The position numbers and the translations under genes are program-made. From an uncultured Candidatus Binatia bacterium (lineage in GTDB: Bacteria > Desulfobacterota > Binatia > Bin18): a DNA stretch of 64,000 nt. This document shows, piece by piece, positions 49,732-60,559 of this stretch. The notes beneath the pieces were generated by a model. The model did no database searches. It was not told the DNA's origin and worked only from the letters and a program-made list of their open reading frames with translations. The stretch's first letter is position 1; the number at the start of each line of letters is the position of its first letter. Where the stretch lies: assembly GCA_965214605.1 (NCBI GenBank), contig OZ243961.1, forward strand, positions 3,808,001 through 3,872,000. Reading direction: 5' to 3'.

Positions 49732-50229
49732 TCATGCAAGCTCCGTCACCCAGCCGTGCGGGTCTGGTCTGAGACCACGCTGGATGCCGGAAATCTCGTC
49801 AAACAGCCGTTGGGCCATCCGACCGACGCGGCCATTGTTGATCGTGATACGGCGTCCTCTATAGAACAGGCGCCGACGGGTGAGATCACTGCCGCCGTTC
49901 CCGTCCCAAAGACTTCCCGGAGATGGCCGTTGCCCGCTGCGGTTAGGATCTCATCAATCGTGATGGGGCGCTCTACAACCGGCATACCCCAGTCGGTTGC
50001 CAGCTGAAGCACGGTGTCGCGGGTAATTCCGGCTAGAATGTTGCCGTTGAGGGGTGGGGTCGAGCGACAGCGGGCCGTACGGCACGATGCGCGGACTGTG
50101 CCAGCCCCGGTCAACAGAGCCATCCATCACAAACATGTGATCGGTAAAAATCTCTCCAAACCTCAGCTGGCCGTCGCACGGCTTTAGCTTTGGCCGTGTA
50201 GTGTGGGTCACGGGAATGGCTGGCGGCAT
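49732..50229 (-). pseudogene. ilvE: Branched-chain amino acid aminotransferase with large internal deletion and frameshifts
   Basis: FG.IFTDHMF...GW..PRIVPYGPLSLDP joined directly to IL.GITRD.VL.LA...ER.I...EVFGTGTAAVISPVG. Confidence 0.85.
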
Positions 50230-50642
50230 ATTCGTGCTGGCTCCTTGATACTGGAATTTCGGCTGGTTTCGGATGAAGTTGCCTCGCGTTGCGGCCCAGG
50301 GCAAGGCCGGTTTTCTCGTTCACTTCTATGCATCTTCGGAGATGGTCTTCTCGCTCCTCAAGGCGATATGCCCTGGCTGCAGTTCGCTTATAAGTGGCCG
50401 ACGGCCCAATTATCTTCCAACCAGTACTCAAGGTGAACGGTGCTGCTAGGCCTGGAACACCTCTCAAGACCGTCTGCCTCTAACCGAGCGCCGTCCAAAC
50501 TATCCTTCGACGGGTGGGGGCTGGAAAAGCTTGGACGTGTCTGGGCTTGCGTTGACTTTTTGACCTCTCCGGGGCTAGGGTCGGGGCTGCACTACTGCGA
50601 AGAGAGGAGGTCCTGGGGGGCGCGTTGCCAAGATTGATACTG

Positions 50643-51011
50643 CTAGTCGTCCGTACAGTAGATACGGGGCACGCGCCAGCGCTCAAGCAGACCGACTTTG
50701 TCCTGTGCCGTGGTTTTGAGGTGCTCGGCATGCTTGTCCATATCGGTATAGAGCCGGGCCACGTTGATTCCGTGATGGCTAGGACGATAGTTTTCAAGGC
50801 GCATGAGTCCCTGGGTCAATAAATTAATCGTGCCCTGTGAGGCTCCGCGGTTGAAGCGCAGGTGGAGACCAGTGGCAAAACGGATCAGGGCTTCGTAAAA
50901 AGCCTGGTCTTCGGCCGCGATTTCGGTCCACGCCTCTTCCAAGACTTGGTGACAGCTGAAATACTCGCGCCGGTTGAAAAGATGAACGGCTTCGCGCAAT
51001 TTTGGATGCAT
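50643..51011 (-). CDS. DUF309 family protein
   Basis: LFN..EYF.CH.VLEE.W, LI..A.GL, G..V..L. Confidence 0.85.
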   Translation of the reverse strand: MHPKLREAVHLFNRREYFSCHQVLEEAWTEIAAEDQAFYEALIRFATGLHLRFNRGASQGTINLLTQGLMRLENYRPSHHGINVARLYTDMDKHAEHLKTTAQDKVGLLERWRVPRIYCTDD

Positions 51012-51080
51012 AAGAGAAACCTAAAACGGGAAATCTGAAACGTAAAGACAGGCGATGAAAAGAAAGTAAGGAAGAAGCTC

Positions 51081-52526
51081 ATGCCTATTCGTACCGTTGA
51101 GCAGTATAAAGACAGCCTCAAAGACGATCGTGTCGTGTATCTCCGTGGCCGGCGGGTGACCAATGTGACGGAGCATCCGCTGATTCAAAAGGCGATTGAT
51201 CACGAGGCTACCGACTATCGTTTGATGCACGATCCCGAATTCCGCGCTTTGGCCGTCGTGCGCCATCCGACTAGCGGTGAGGAGATGAGTCGCTATTTTC
51301 TGCCGCCTAGTAACGCCCAAGAACTGCTCAAGCGTAGTGAGCTGATTGAAACGGCGTGTCGGGAGGGCGGTACGCTGGTGGTGCTGGCCAAGGTGGTCGG
51401 CAGCGATGCCCTGTTTGGGCTGACACGGACCTGTCAAAAGGTCGATGCGGCCCTGAGCACGACCTATGCCCAGAATGTTAAGGCCTTCTATGAGTCGTGC
51501 TGGAAGAACGATGTAAGCTTTGCCCTGGCCCAGACCGACGTCAAGGGCGACCGCTCGCTGCGCCCTTCGGAGCAAGAAGACCCGGACCTGTATCTGCGCA
51601 TTGTTGAGGAGCGGCCCGATGGCATTGTCGTACGCGGGGCAAAAACCCACACCTCCAACACGACCCACGCCAACGAAATGATCGTGCTGCCGACCCGAGC
51701 GATGGGTGAGGCCGATAAGGACTATGCGGTGTCCTTTGCTATTCCGCTGAACACGCCGGGACTCAAACTGCTGATGAGCGGTTATGGCTCATATACTGAG
51801 CGCAACGAGTTCGACCATCCGGTCAGTTCGGGCCTGAAGATGACCGAAACCCTGACGGTCTTTGATAACGTGTTTGTGCCCAACAAGCGGATATTCCTCA
51901 AGGGTGAATGGCAGTTTGCCGGCCCACTGGCCCTGTCGTTCGTAGAGTACCACCGGCTGACTGCTATTTCGTATAAACTGCCGTTTCTTGACCTGTTAGC
52001 CGGGGCAGGTCGGCTGATGGCCGAATACAACGGAGTCGAAAAGGCCGCCCATATCAAAGAGAAGCTGTTCTGGCTGGCCAGTTATGCGGAAACGACCCGC
52101 TCGCTGACCCATATGGCGTGTATGAAAGCCGTGCCGAGCGACTCTGGTATGGTCATTCCTGACCCGACAACGGTCAATATCGCCAAGCACCATTTTGCGG
52201 CTAATTTCCACCAAGCCCTGTCCCATGTCCAGGACATTGCGGGCGGTATTCTCGTCACCGCCCCGTCCGTCGAAGATCTGCACAGCGAGGAGACCGGACC
52301 GCTGATTGAGAAATACCTCAAGGGCAGAAAGGGCACCTCGGGCCGGGAGCGTTTACAGCTGATCAACCTGATTCAAGACATCACCGCGTCCGACTTTGGC
52401 GGCTACCAAGCCGTGTTGGCGCTGCACGCCGAGGGCTCAATGGAGGCCGAGAAGATGCAGCTATACCGCGAGTACGACTGGCCTAGAGTCAGCGATTTCG
52501 CCCGCCGTATGGCCCGTATGGGGTAA
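51081..52526 (+). CDS. 4-hydroxyphenylacetate 3-hydroxylase (HpaB)/4-hydroxybutyryl-CoA dehydratase family flavoprotein
   Basis: Y..SL.D.R.VY..G..V, AQTDVKGDRS..PSEQ.DPDLY...VE...DGIV.RGAK.H.S, DY..SFA.P..TPG, VFD.VFVP..R.FL, DIAGG, H..GS. Confidence 0.88.
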   Translation: MPIRTVEQYKDSLKDDRVVYLRGRRVTNVTEHPLIQKAIDHEATDYRLMHDPEFRALAVVRHPTSGEEMSRYFLPPSNAQELLKRSELIETACREGGTLVVLAKVVGSDALFGLTRTCQKVDAALSTTYAQNVKAFYESCWKNDVSFALAQTDVKGDRSLRPSEQEDPDLYLRIVEERPDGIVVRGAKTHTSNTTHANEMIVLPTRAMGEADKDYAVSFAIPLNTPGLKLLMSGYGSYTERNEFDHPVSSGLKMTETLTVFDNVFVPNKRIFLKGEWQFAGPLALSFVEYHRLTAISYKLPFLDLLAGAGRLMAEYNGVEKAAHIKEKLFWLASYAETTRSLTHMACMKAVPSDSGMVIPDPTTVNIAKHHFAANFHQALSHVQDIAGGILVTAPSVEDLHSEETGPLIEKYLKGRKGTSGRERLQLINLIQDITASDFGGYQAVLALHAEGSMEAEKMQLYREYDWPRVSDFARRMARMG

Positions 52527-52540
52527 AACAAGGAGGGAAT

Positions 52541-53338
52541 ATGGGGTATGACTCTTTAGTCTACGAAAAGCAGGGGAGTATCGCGACGGTTACCATCAAT
52601 CGTCCCCACAAACGTAACGCCTGGACCACTCAGCTGTCTGAAGAAGTCATCGCTGTCTTTGGCGCCATGGAAAACGATCCCGAGGTCTTGGTCACGGTGT
52701 TCACCGGGGCGGGCAACAAGGCGTTTTCGGCAGGCGCTGACCTGGGCAATGAGAAAACCCATAAAGTGACCTCGGTCGGTGCCCATCTGGCAACGATCAG
52801 CCCGCGCGGCTTTGCCGTGTTCAACGCCGTAGCCGACTATCCCAAGCCGGTCGTGGCCGCGATTAACGGCTATGCGGTCGGTATCGGCTGCTTAATAACG
52901 CTGTGTTGCGATATTCTGCTGGCGTCCGACAATGCCGAACTCGGTCTGCCGCAGGTACCGCTCGGCATTATTCCGGCCTATGGCGGGGCGGTACGTTTGG
53001 CCCGCTATATTGGCCGGGGCAAGGCGATGGAGATGGTGTTGCTGGGCGAGCGGATCAGCGCCGCAGAAGGCTATCGGGTCGGTCTGCTCAACCGCGTCGT
53101 GCCATTGCCGGAACTGATGCCCTTAGCGTACGATTATGCCGCACGTCTGGCCGCCCTGCCGCCGCTGGCCGCCAAAATGGCCAAGGAGTCGCTGAACAAA
53201 GGGCTGGATATTGCCTCGCTTAAAGAGGCCGCCCAGACCGATATTTATCGGTTCATGCTGCTCGGTCAGACCGAAGACAGTCACGAGGCCCACAGAGCCT
53301 GGCGGGAGCGCAGAAAGCCGCAGTTTAAGGGCCGCTAA
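52541..53338 (+). CDS. Crotonase-fold protein lacking both canonical catalytic glutamates
   Basis: INRP.KRNA, AFSAGADL, KP..AAING.A.G.GCLITLCCD, LPQV.LG. Confidence 0.85.
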   Translation: MGYDSLVYEKQGSIATVTINRPHKRNAWTTQLSEEVIAVFGAMENDPEVLVTVFTGAGNKAFSAGADLGNEKTHKVTSVGAHLATISPRGFAVFNAVADYPKPVVAAINGYAVGIGCLITLCCDILLASDNAELGLPQVPLGIIPAYGGAVRLARYIGRGKAMEMVLLGERISAAEGYRVGLLNRVVPLPELMPLAYDYAARLAALPPLAAKMAKESLNKGLDIASLKEAAQTDIYRFMLLGQTEDSHEAHRAWRERRKPQFKGR

Positions 53339-53371
53339 GAATCAAGTCCAAGTTTTGAAGGAGGAAGAACC

Positions 53372-54958
53372 ATGAGTCGATATACTGGAGCGGCCGCACC
53401 CCAAGCCGCGGAGGGGTGGCAGTTGTCGCGTTTGACCCCATCAAGTGAGCTGTTTGGAGCCAACGGCATGCGGTTTGGCCCGGACGGCAGAATCTATGTT
53501 GTCCAGGCCTTTGGCAGTCAGATCAGCGCGCTTGATCCGACCACTGGAGCCAAGGAAACCATCTCGCCGGTCGGTGCAGAGATTGTGGCGCCGGACGACA
53601 TCGCCTTTGATTCGCACGGCACAATGTACGTGACCGAGGTCATGAGCGCCCGGGTCAGTTCGCGGACGCCAAACGGTGAAGTCAAGGTCATTGCCGATAA
53701 CGTGCCGGGCGCCAACGGTATCGTGGCCTATCAAGACCGTTTGTTCATGGACGAGTGTCGTCCGGGCGGACGTTTGTGGGAGCTCTACCCGGACGGCCGG
53801 TCACCGCGGCTGATGGCTGACAATCTGCCCTTGCCCAACGCGTTGATGGTCGGTCCGGACGGCAAAATTTATTTTCCCCAAATCGCCGCCGGCGAGATTT
53901 GGCGCTGCGCGCTCGAAGGCGGCACCCCTGAGAAGTTTGTCGACGGCTTAGCCGTGCCTACAGCGGTCAAGTTCGACAAGAAGGGTCTGCTGACCACCAC
54001 CCAGGCGGGGAGCGGCGAGATCACCAAGATCGACATCCAGAACGGAGCCAAAACGCAGGTTGCCAGAGTCCGCCCGGGGATCGATAACTTTGTCATTGAT
54101 GATGACCGACTGTTCATTTCCCACTTTGTGGACGGGGGGGTGGCGGAGATCATGAGCGACGGCACAGAGCGGATTTTGATCAGCGCCGGTATGCTCGGCC
54201 CGTTTGGTTTGTCGGTCGGCAACGGAACGCTGTTCGCGGCCGACGGCATGAGTCTGATTGAGCTAACGGCCAACGGCCAGCAGAGCCGCCCGGCTCAGTT
54301 CCCCCAGGAAGGCTTTCCGGGTTTTCTGCGTGGGATAGCGGTCGGTCCGTCTGACAATGTGTATGCCAATATCTCGGCCGGTAATGTAGTGTCCTACGAT
54401 CTGAATGCTCATGAGACCAGCGTTATCACCGAGGGTCTGAACGAACTCTACGGCCTAGCGGTTACCCCTGACGGGTCGCTGGTTGTGGCCGAGGGTGGAG
54501 CCGGTCGGGTGCTGAGCGTGACGCCGGGTGGAGAGGTCTCGACCGTGGCGAGGGGCTTGGGCTGTCCGATGGGTATTGTGGTGGCCAGTGACGGAAGCTG
54601 TTACGTGAGCGATAGGGATCGGGGTCAGGTCGTGCATATCAACGGCGGCACCTCGACCGTTCTTGACGGACTCCAAAAGCCACACGGAGTAACGCTGTCG
54701 GGAGATCAACTGTTCGTCATTGATGCGGGCAGCAAAGAACTCATTGCCTACTCGCTGTCAACTCGACAGCGCCAGACCGTGGTTAGCAATCTGCCGGTCG
54801 GCGCTCCTCCGGGTATCACACCCAAGGCGCTACCGGGCATCGCCGAGCTCATTCCGGGACCGCTTACGCCGTTCTCCGATCTGGCCACCGGCAGTGACGG
54901 AACCGTCTATATTGCCGCGGACGGAGACGGCAGCGTGATGGCTGTCAAACGCACCTAA
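53372..54958 (+). CDS. Tandem SMP-30/gluconolactonase/NHL-like beta-propeller protein
   Basis: PS.LFGANG...GPDGR.YV.Q..GS.I and repeated propeller blades. Confidence 0.8.
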   Translation: MSRYTGAAAPQAAEGWQLSRLTPSSELFGANGMRFGPDGRIYVVQAFGSQISALDPTTGAKETISPVGAEIVAPDDIAFDSHGTMYVTEVMSARVSSRTPNGEVKVIADNVPGANGIVAYQDRLFMDECRPGGRLWELYPDGRSPRLMADNLPLPNALMVGPDGKIYFPQIAAGEIWRCALEGGTPEKFVDGLAVPTAVKFDKKGLLTTTQAGSGEITKIDIQNGAKTQVARVRPGIDNFVIDDDRLFISHFVDGGVAEIMSDGTERILISAGMLGPFGLSVGNGTLFAADGMSLIELTANGQQSRPAQFPQEGFPGFLRGIAVGPSDNVYANISAGNVVSYDLNAHETSVITEGLNELYGLAVTPDGSLVVAEGGAGRVLSVTPGGEVSTVARGLGCPMGIVVASDGSCYVSDRDRGQVVHINGGTSTVLDGLQKPHGVTLSGDQLFVIDAGSKELIAYSLSTRQRQTVVSNLPVGAPPGITPKALPGIAELIPGPLTPFSDLATGSDGTVYIAADGDGSVMAVKRT

Positions 54959-55069
54959 TCGTGGGGGCAGTCCTGTGTGGCTGTCCCGTTGTCAGAGTCC
55001 TGGGATGCGCTTGGGCACAGCACCGGTCTGAACGGACTGGTGAGAATGAAAACGAGGCTATATTCCCCT

Positions 55070-55747
55070 ATGTCAAACTCTGCTTCTCCTACCCCGTCTG
55101 CAACCGTCATCGTTCTGCGCGATACCCCCACTGGTCTTGAAACCCTGCTGTTGCGCCGCAATTCCCGGCTGGCCTTCCACGGTGGGGCCTGGGTCTTTCC
55201 GGGCGGGCATATTGACGCCGTGGACCATGTGAACGGGGCTGAGGAGGATATGTTGACCGCGGCCCGAAACGCGGCCGTGCGCGAGGCTCAAGAAGAGGCC
55301 AACTTGGTGATCGGGACCGAAAAACTGGTCTTCTTCTCTCATTGGACGACGCCTATCGTCCGGCCCAAACGCTTCTCAACCTGGTTCTTTGTTGCTCCGG
55401 CCGGACAAGGGGCGGTTGCGGTCGACGGGGACGAGATCCACGACCACAGCTGGATGCGACCGCAAAAAGCCTTAGCCGCCCAACAAGCCGGAGAGATCGA
55501 GCTGCCGCCCCCGACTTTTGTTTCGATCACAAAATTGTCTGTTTTCCACACGATCGACCAAGTCCTGACCGGCTTGGCCGACCGTGAGCCAGAGATCTTT
55601 TTTCCCCGGATTCAGACAGTAACGGGTGGGGCGTGTTGCCTGTATCAAGGCGACGCCGGCTATGAGACCGAGAACGTTGACGCGCCGGGCGCTCGGCACC
55701 GGCTGTGGATGCTCAAAAGCGGCTGGCGCTATGAACAGGAGCCGTAA
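55070..55747 (+). CDS. NUDIX hydrolase (NUDT19/CoA-pyrophosphatase-like)
   Basis: ATV..LRD, L..R...L.F..GAWVFPGG..D, AAVRE..EE, HW.TP....KRF.T.FF, L.PPT. Confidence 0.85.
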   Translation: MSNSASPTPSATVIVLRDTPTGLETLLLRRNSRLAFHGGAWVFPGGHIDAVDHVNGAEEDMLTAARNAAVREAQEEANLVIGTEKLVFFSHWTTPIVRPKRFSTWFFVAPAGQGAVAVDGDEIHDHSWMRPQKALAAQQAGEIELPPPTFVSITKLSVFHTIDQVLTGLADREPEIFFPRIQTVTGGACCLYQGDAGYETENVDAPGARHRLWMLKSGWRYEQEP

Positions 55748-56585
55748 CCTCTCGGTGTCTAGCGGAACGCTTTCCTCTAGCAAAAGCGTTCGCCGTCCAT
55801 AGTTGATGCCGGTGACAAAGACTGTCCGGCGGAGCCAAACCTCCTGAGTCTCTGCATGGTCGCGGGGCCTTGCCGCAGATATCAATCGCTTGCCCTGGAT
55901 CGTGAGAGCGTTCTCCCGGCGGTGCAACGTCGCTTCGCCAAGCCCGGTTAGCGGTGTAAAGACGGGATGCGTCATCCTTTGATTTTTCCTGATCTGTCGT
56001 ATTTCGGTGAGGCCAGGAACCCCAAAATGTTGACAGACCGCGTCGTGTTTCAGCCGCTTAGCTTTGTCATCAAGAATTTACACGAGTCACGACGGCGCAC
56101 CGGCAGGGCTACGGGAGCTGAACGTGCGACGATACCTCAATGTGGTCACTGCCTCGTTGTTGCACTGTGGGCATATGTCCTTAGCTCTCTGACCCGAGGA
56201 GGGCGCTGAGCGATGCCGTATGTCATCTCCCTAGTCTCCGCGGCTTGGGGGCGCGAAGGCTGCGCCCCCGGATCTTCCCAGACTCGGTTTGAGCTTAGGG
56301 ACGGGAGCACCCGGCTTCCCAATCGCTTTTCATAGACGTAAGCTGTGGCTCCCGGCGGCTTGCGCAGGGGCATTGTCTCTCCATCGTGTCCGCCCTCAAG
56401 CGTAAAGGCGCTCGGTTCCCACGCCGCCGCGTCTAATGAAGTGGGTACCTCAAACGGATTGCGAACACCTGTGGCTTCCCTACTTGGGCAGGAGCGAACT
56501 CAATCACACGAATGGGGGGCTCCGCCTCGCAAGGATAGCGAGGTGGCATCGTATCGAAAGGGACTTATAGACCTGTGTACCAAAA

Positions 56586-56750
56586 TCAACCCGATTGCCG
56601 CGTCCGTGTCCGCCCCGTCGCGGCCTCATAATCCCAGTGGTTCTTAGACTTTACGCCAAGTACGACTTCCGCTAGCCGCTCCGGTGCGGCGTCGCTCCGC
56701 TCCGGCATAGAGTACTTGGTGGGGCGGCCCTTTGGTTTCTTCGGTTTCAT
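56586..56750 (-). CDS. 54 aa basic protein of the kind seen in IS1595-like elements (not in ORF track)
   Basis: GAAGGAG RBS. MKPKKPKGRPTKYSMPERSDAAPERLAEVVLGVKSKNHWDYE...* (family assignment from memory). Confidence 0.5.
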   Translation of the reverse strand: MKPKKPKGRPTKYSMPERSDAAPERLAEVVLGVKSKNHWDYEAATGRTRTRQSG

Positions 56751-57630
56751 GCCAGTGCTCCTTCTTTCCCTTCACATACCCCCAGGTTCTTATTCTCTCG
56801 GCGTAACCCGCTCAGCGTAACCTGCTTGCTCTTGAGCTTATTGCACGGCCCACACAACAAGATACGGTTTGAAATATGATTCAATCCGCCGTCCGACCGT
56901 GGGTGTTATGATCCAACTCCAGGTAGCGCGGATCGTCAAACACGCGATTGCAGCCTTGACAGCGTGAGCCATGCTGTTCCAGGAGAAACTGCACCATCTT
57001 GGCCCGTGACATTTTCTGCCCTTTGGGGGCGTCCACTTTCAGTTTGGTTTTGAGGAACGGAACGGCCTCCTGTCCGTCGTCTGTCCGCTGGGGCGGTTCG
57101 GTCGCATAGTGGATTTCTCCCACATGGAAGAATTTCCCGTCTGGCTGACCAGCTGGGGCGAGTAAGTCTTCCTTGCGCAAACGTTCAACAACTGCGTCTT
57201 GCGCCTTGTTCCAGATGTCAATGCCAGTCCAACGGCGCTCAAGACGTTCTGCCGCTATCAGCGTCGTGGCACACCCACAAAAGGGGTCCAGCACCATATC
57301 CCCTGTATTACTGCTGGCCTTGATAATACGCTCGTACAACGTAAGGGGCTTTTGAGTCGGGTAGCTAAAACGCTCTTTTGCAGTTGGACTCAAAATGGGT
57401 TGGATGTCAGTCCACCGGTCATTTTCAACAGCTCCCTCTTCTTTTAATTCATAGTCTTCGTTTAGGTTCTTCTTGAACTGTGTTAAGCCGCGCTGGATTG
57501 TTCCAGCAGAATAGGGTCGATATTGAGTGTGGAAGGTGTACTTTTTCGACTTTACATAACGCAATACACCGATAGGGGCTGAACGCCCTCTTCGTGTTTG
57601 GGTAGGATAGTCCTCTCAAAACAAGGAGTG
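56747..57630 (-). pseudogene. N4/N6 DNA methyltransferase C-terminus fused to HNH endonuclease, 5'-truncated, one homopolymer frameshift
   Basis: YPTQKP..LYERII.ASSN.GD.VLDPFCGCATT..AAE.L.R.W.GID, then CQGC...LELDH.T / PRSDGG.NHISNR.LLC.PCN..KS. Confidence 0.85.
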
Positions 57631-58775
57631 ATCCCTGAACCTCCTCCCCCTTTGCCCCGGCTTTCCGTCGCACGCGGCCGGCCTGGCGCGCGTGGGGGCG
57701 GGCCGCCGCGGGGGCCCCCCGCCGCCCCCCCCCCCCCCGGTGACCGTGAGGGGGTGGCAAGAACGTCTGATGGGCACCGGGGCGGGCGGTGGCACGGCCC
57801 GGCGTGCCCGGCCCGTTTCACCGGGCTCGCCAAGCCGAGCCGGCCGCCGCCGACGCTTCCCGTGCCGCAGGGGGTTCTGGCGAGTGGGCGGATGGTGCAC
57901 GCCAAGCCGAGCCGGTCCAGCTCGCCGCTTTCCCGGGCCCGGGCCGGCCCCCCGCCGTCGGCCTGGTCGAGGCCGCAACGGCGGCGGCGCGCACGGGCGG
58001 CGAACCAAGCCCTGGGGCGCAGGGAGCTAGTGGTCGCCGCCGCCACCTCGGTCGGCGGGCAGCCGCGGCAGCGCACCCAACGGGCGGAGTCACACGCCCC
58101 CTGGCGCGGGGGGCTGGCGGCGGCTCAAACGGGCCGGGGCGGGCGCCCTCCTGCACTCCCGCAAGGACGTCCTGGCACGGGAGGTGGCAGAAGCCGGCGG
58201 GACGTCGAATCACCGGAACGAGACGCGGGCGTTTGACGCGTTCTTGGCGGCGGGGGCCGGGGGGCCCAGGCCCCCCGGTTAGCCCATCTAACCCAGGCGT
58301 TGCCGGCCTGGGTGCCCGGTCTGGAGAATGACGGTTACGCCCTTAACTGTGTATTGCGTTCAGGGGAGACAGGCTCCAAAGCAGGGTATTCATTAATTAA
58401 GGGGAGAATACGGGTTAACGCAAAGGTAACAACGGGTAAAAGTTTGTTCTTCCGCTCGAAAACGATACACCACTGATTGCGCGTTCGTCCCCACTCATCA
58501 AGGATTTTTTTTCGAGTTCCGATAGCCATTGCCCCGGCCTTTTCGAGGACTTTTAGGACATCTAGCCCTGCCCCCTCATCCAGTTCGATGGGAGTAGCGT
58601 TGAAGAGGTTAGACCAATGCCGGGACGAGCGGTATAATTGATTTTCACTCTCGCCTGCCGCAACACACAGAAGAGGTTGTCCCTGCTTTTATAGCGACCT
58701 TTCTCAACGCTGCTGGCGCTGCGTGTTCCAGTAGGGCGATTTGCGCTTGGGGCAGTGGTTCGGCTCCAGCTCACC

Positions 58776-59170
58776 TAGTGCTCTGTCAGTTTGGAATTGA
58801 GGGATAAAGATGGCTCATTCTGCGACGGGCATCTTGACAGGTAAATTGCCAGTGTACAATGGCCCCCGCGGCGTTGCGCTCCGTCGCCAGGGCCACAGTC
58901 TCCCGCCGGAGCGGCGCGGCGTCCGGGATGCGGCGGGACAGGCACTGCCGGCTGAACACCCCGATTTCAATCTCCGCCATATTGAGCCAGCTACCATGCT
59001 TGGGCGTATAGTGGAACTCCAGTCGGCGCAGCACCCGCCGGGCCTCGGCCGGCGCGAAGGCTTGGTACAAGGCGGCCGGTCGGTGAGTGTTGAGGTTGTC
59101 CAAAACCACCCGAACCACCTCGGCCTCTGGGTAAGCCTAGTCCACCAGCCACCGCATCTGCTGTTCCCAT
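58776..59170 (-). mobile_element. IS630-family transposase 3' remnant with terminal CTAG end
   Basis: VLDNLNTH...F...EARR...RLEFHYTPKHGSWLNMAEIE...QCL.RRI...WQFT..DAR. In-frame TAG upstream. CTAGTGCTCTGTCA end. Confidence 0.88.
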
Positions 59171-59197
59171 AATGCCTCCCGGCGTGCCGTCACTATT

Positions 59198-60453
59198 TCA
59201 GCATATCAGCTTTTTGAATAATGCTTCGTAGGCATCCGCAGCCCGCTGCTCCGAGAAGTCAGCGGCTCGGCGACGCAGCATTTCCTCCGGCGGCCGGTCG
59301 CCTTGCAGCGTCTCCACCATCGCCTGCGCCAAGGCCGGGGCGTCCCCCACCGGCGTCAGCTTGCCCCATTTGCCATCCTCAAGGATTTCCCGCGGGCCGT
59401 GGGGCGTGTCGGTGCTCACCACCGGTGTGCCGCAGGCCAGGGCTTCCAGCAGCACGTTGGGCAGCCCCTCCCAATGCGAGGAAAGCGCCAACAGCCCGGC
59501 CCGGCCCATATAGGGAAAGGGGTTCTCGTCAAAGTCCACAAACCCCAAGTCTGCTTCCACCCCGTAGTTGCGGGCCTGGGTAATCAGCCCGGCCCGGTAC
59601 GGCTCCGAAAGTTGGCCCATTAGGACCAGCCGCGCGTTGACGCGGCGGCGGGCCAGACCGAAGGCTTCGAGCAGCGTGGGGTAGTCCTTGGCGGGCCCCT
59701 CTCTGCCCACGTTCAGAATGACCGGCGGTTGGCCGTCGGCAAACTGGGGGGGGGGGGGGGGGAGACCATCTCCTCTTGCGCCGCCCGCCATATCGCGTCA
59801 CACGGTATGGGATTGTGGATGGTGTAGACACGCTCAGCGTTTATCCCCAAAACTGCTCTACACTGGCCGGACACGCCTTTTGAGACGGCAACTACCGCCT
59901 CCGCCTTGGGATAGAGCGCCCTTGCCTCGGGCAGCCAGTCTCCAGTGTAGCCCAAGACGACATTAGAGTGCTCCGAAACAACCACGGGAACGGAACGGTT
60001 CGCCAGCTCCGTCGCACCTAAGATGGCGGGGATGTTGGAATGACCCGGCGCAGACATCAGCAGCTGGGGGCGCGCCCGGCGAATGTAGCGGGCGATTACC
60101 CAGGCAAAGACTGCCTGGTTCCACCCGACACGCACACCGGGATACTTCCACCTGAGATTATGCCAAGCCCAAGCTAGGCCCATCGGGTTGATGGTCAGCG
60201 CGTTCACCTCGATGCTGCGCCGGAGGCGGTGACGGAGCAGCTTCCGGTCCAAACCCGGCAGCCTCGGATGGTACAGCCGTACCCCCTGCGGAATGCCAGC
60301 CCGGTACACTCCCCTGACGCGCGCCCCCACCAAGTCTATCCTGTGGCCGCGCTCGATGAGCGACGAGGCCAGAGTGAGCCCAACCCGCTCCGCCCCGCCA
60401 CTCCCCAGGCCGGGAAACACGAACCCGATATGCAGCTTACCCGGCGCGGTCAT
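59198..60453 (-). pseudogene. GT4 glycosyltransferase split at a poly-G17 tract
   Basis: GGAERV...LA, VSEH, VAVS.GV, I.NP / VGR...KD..TL..AF, NPF.YM, SS.WEG.PNVL.EALACG.PVVSTD.P.GP.EIL. Confidence 0.85.
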
Positions 60454-60559
60454 TTGTATCACGCTGCGGATCGCCTTCAGAGCGTTCCGCTACGACCTCA
60501 TTGACCTCGACCATAATCTGCGGGCCAAAGATGGGCCTCCATCAAGTCATGGTCGTCGT

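Noticed and set aside
50280-50460. Possible group II intron reverse-transcriptase scrap
   Set aside because: Only a vague VNEKT similarity, with no YADD motif.
7094-54938. Numerous antisense and alternate-frame ORFs over core genes (e.g. 45506-46270, 51021-51668)
   Set aside because: Shadow ORFs expected at high GC, with no motifs.
55750-56580. Long intergenic region with GC hairpins (e.g. 56247-56269), possible ncRNA
   Set aside because: No recognisable riboswitch, tRNA or ncRNA consensus.
57640-58320. Very GC-rich stretch with many overlapping Arg/Pro/Gly/Ala ORFs
   Set aside because: Long homopolymers and no coherent protein motif. It is likely low-quality consensus or a degraded IS, and the family cannot be assigned.
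58335-58775. Startless ~100 aa frame and a CPK.KSPYWN zinc-ribbon-like stub beside the IS630 end
   Set aside because: Fragments without starts, and no function is assignable.
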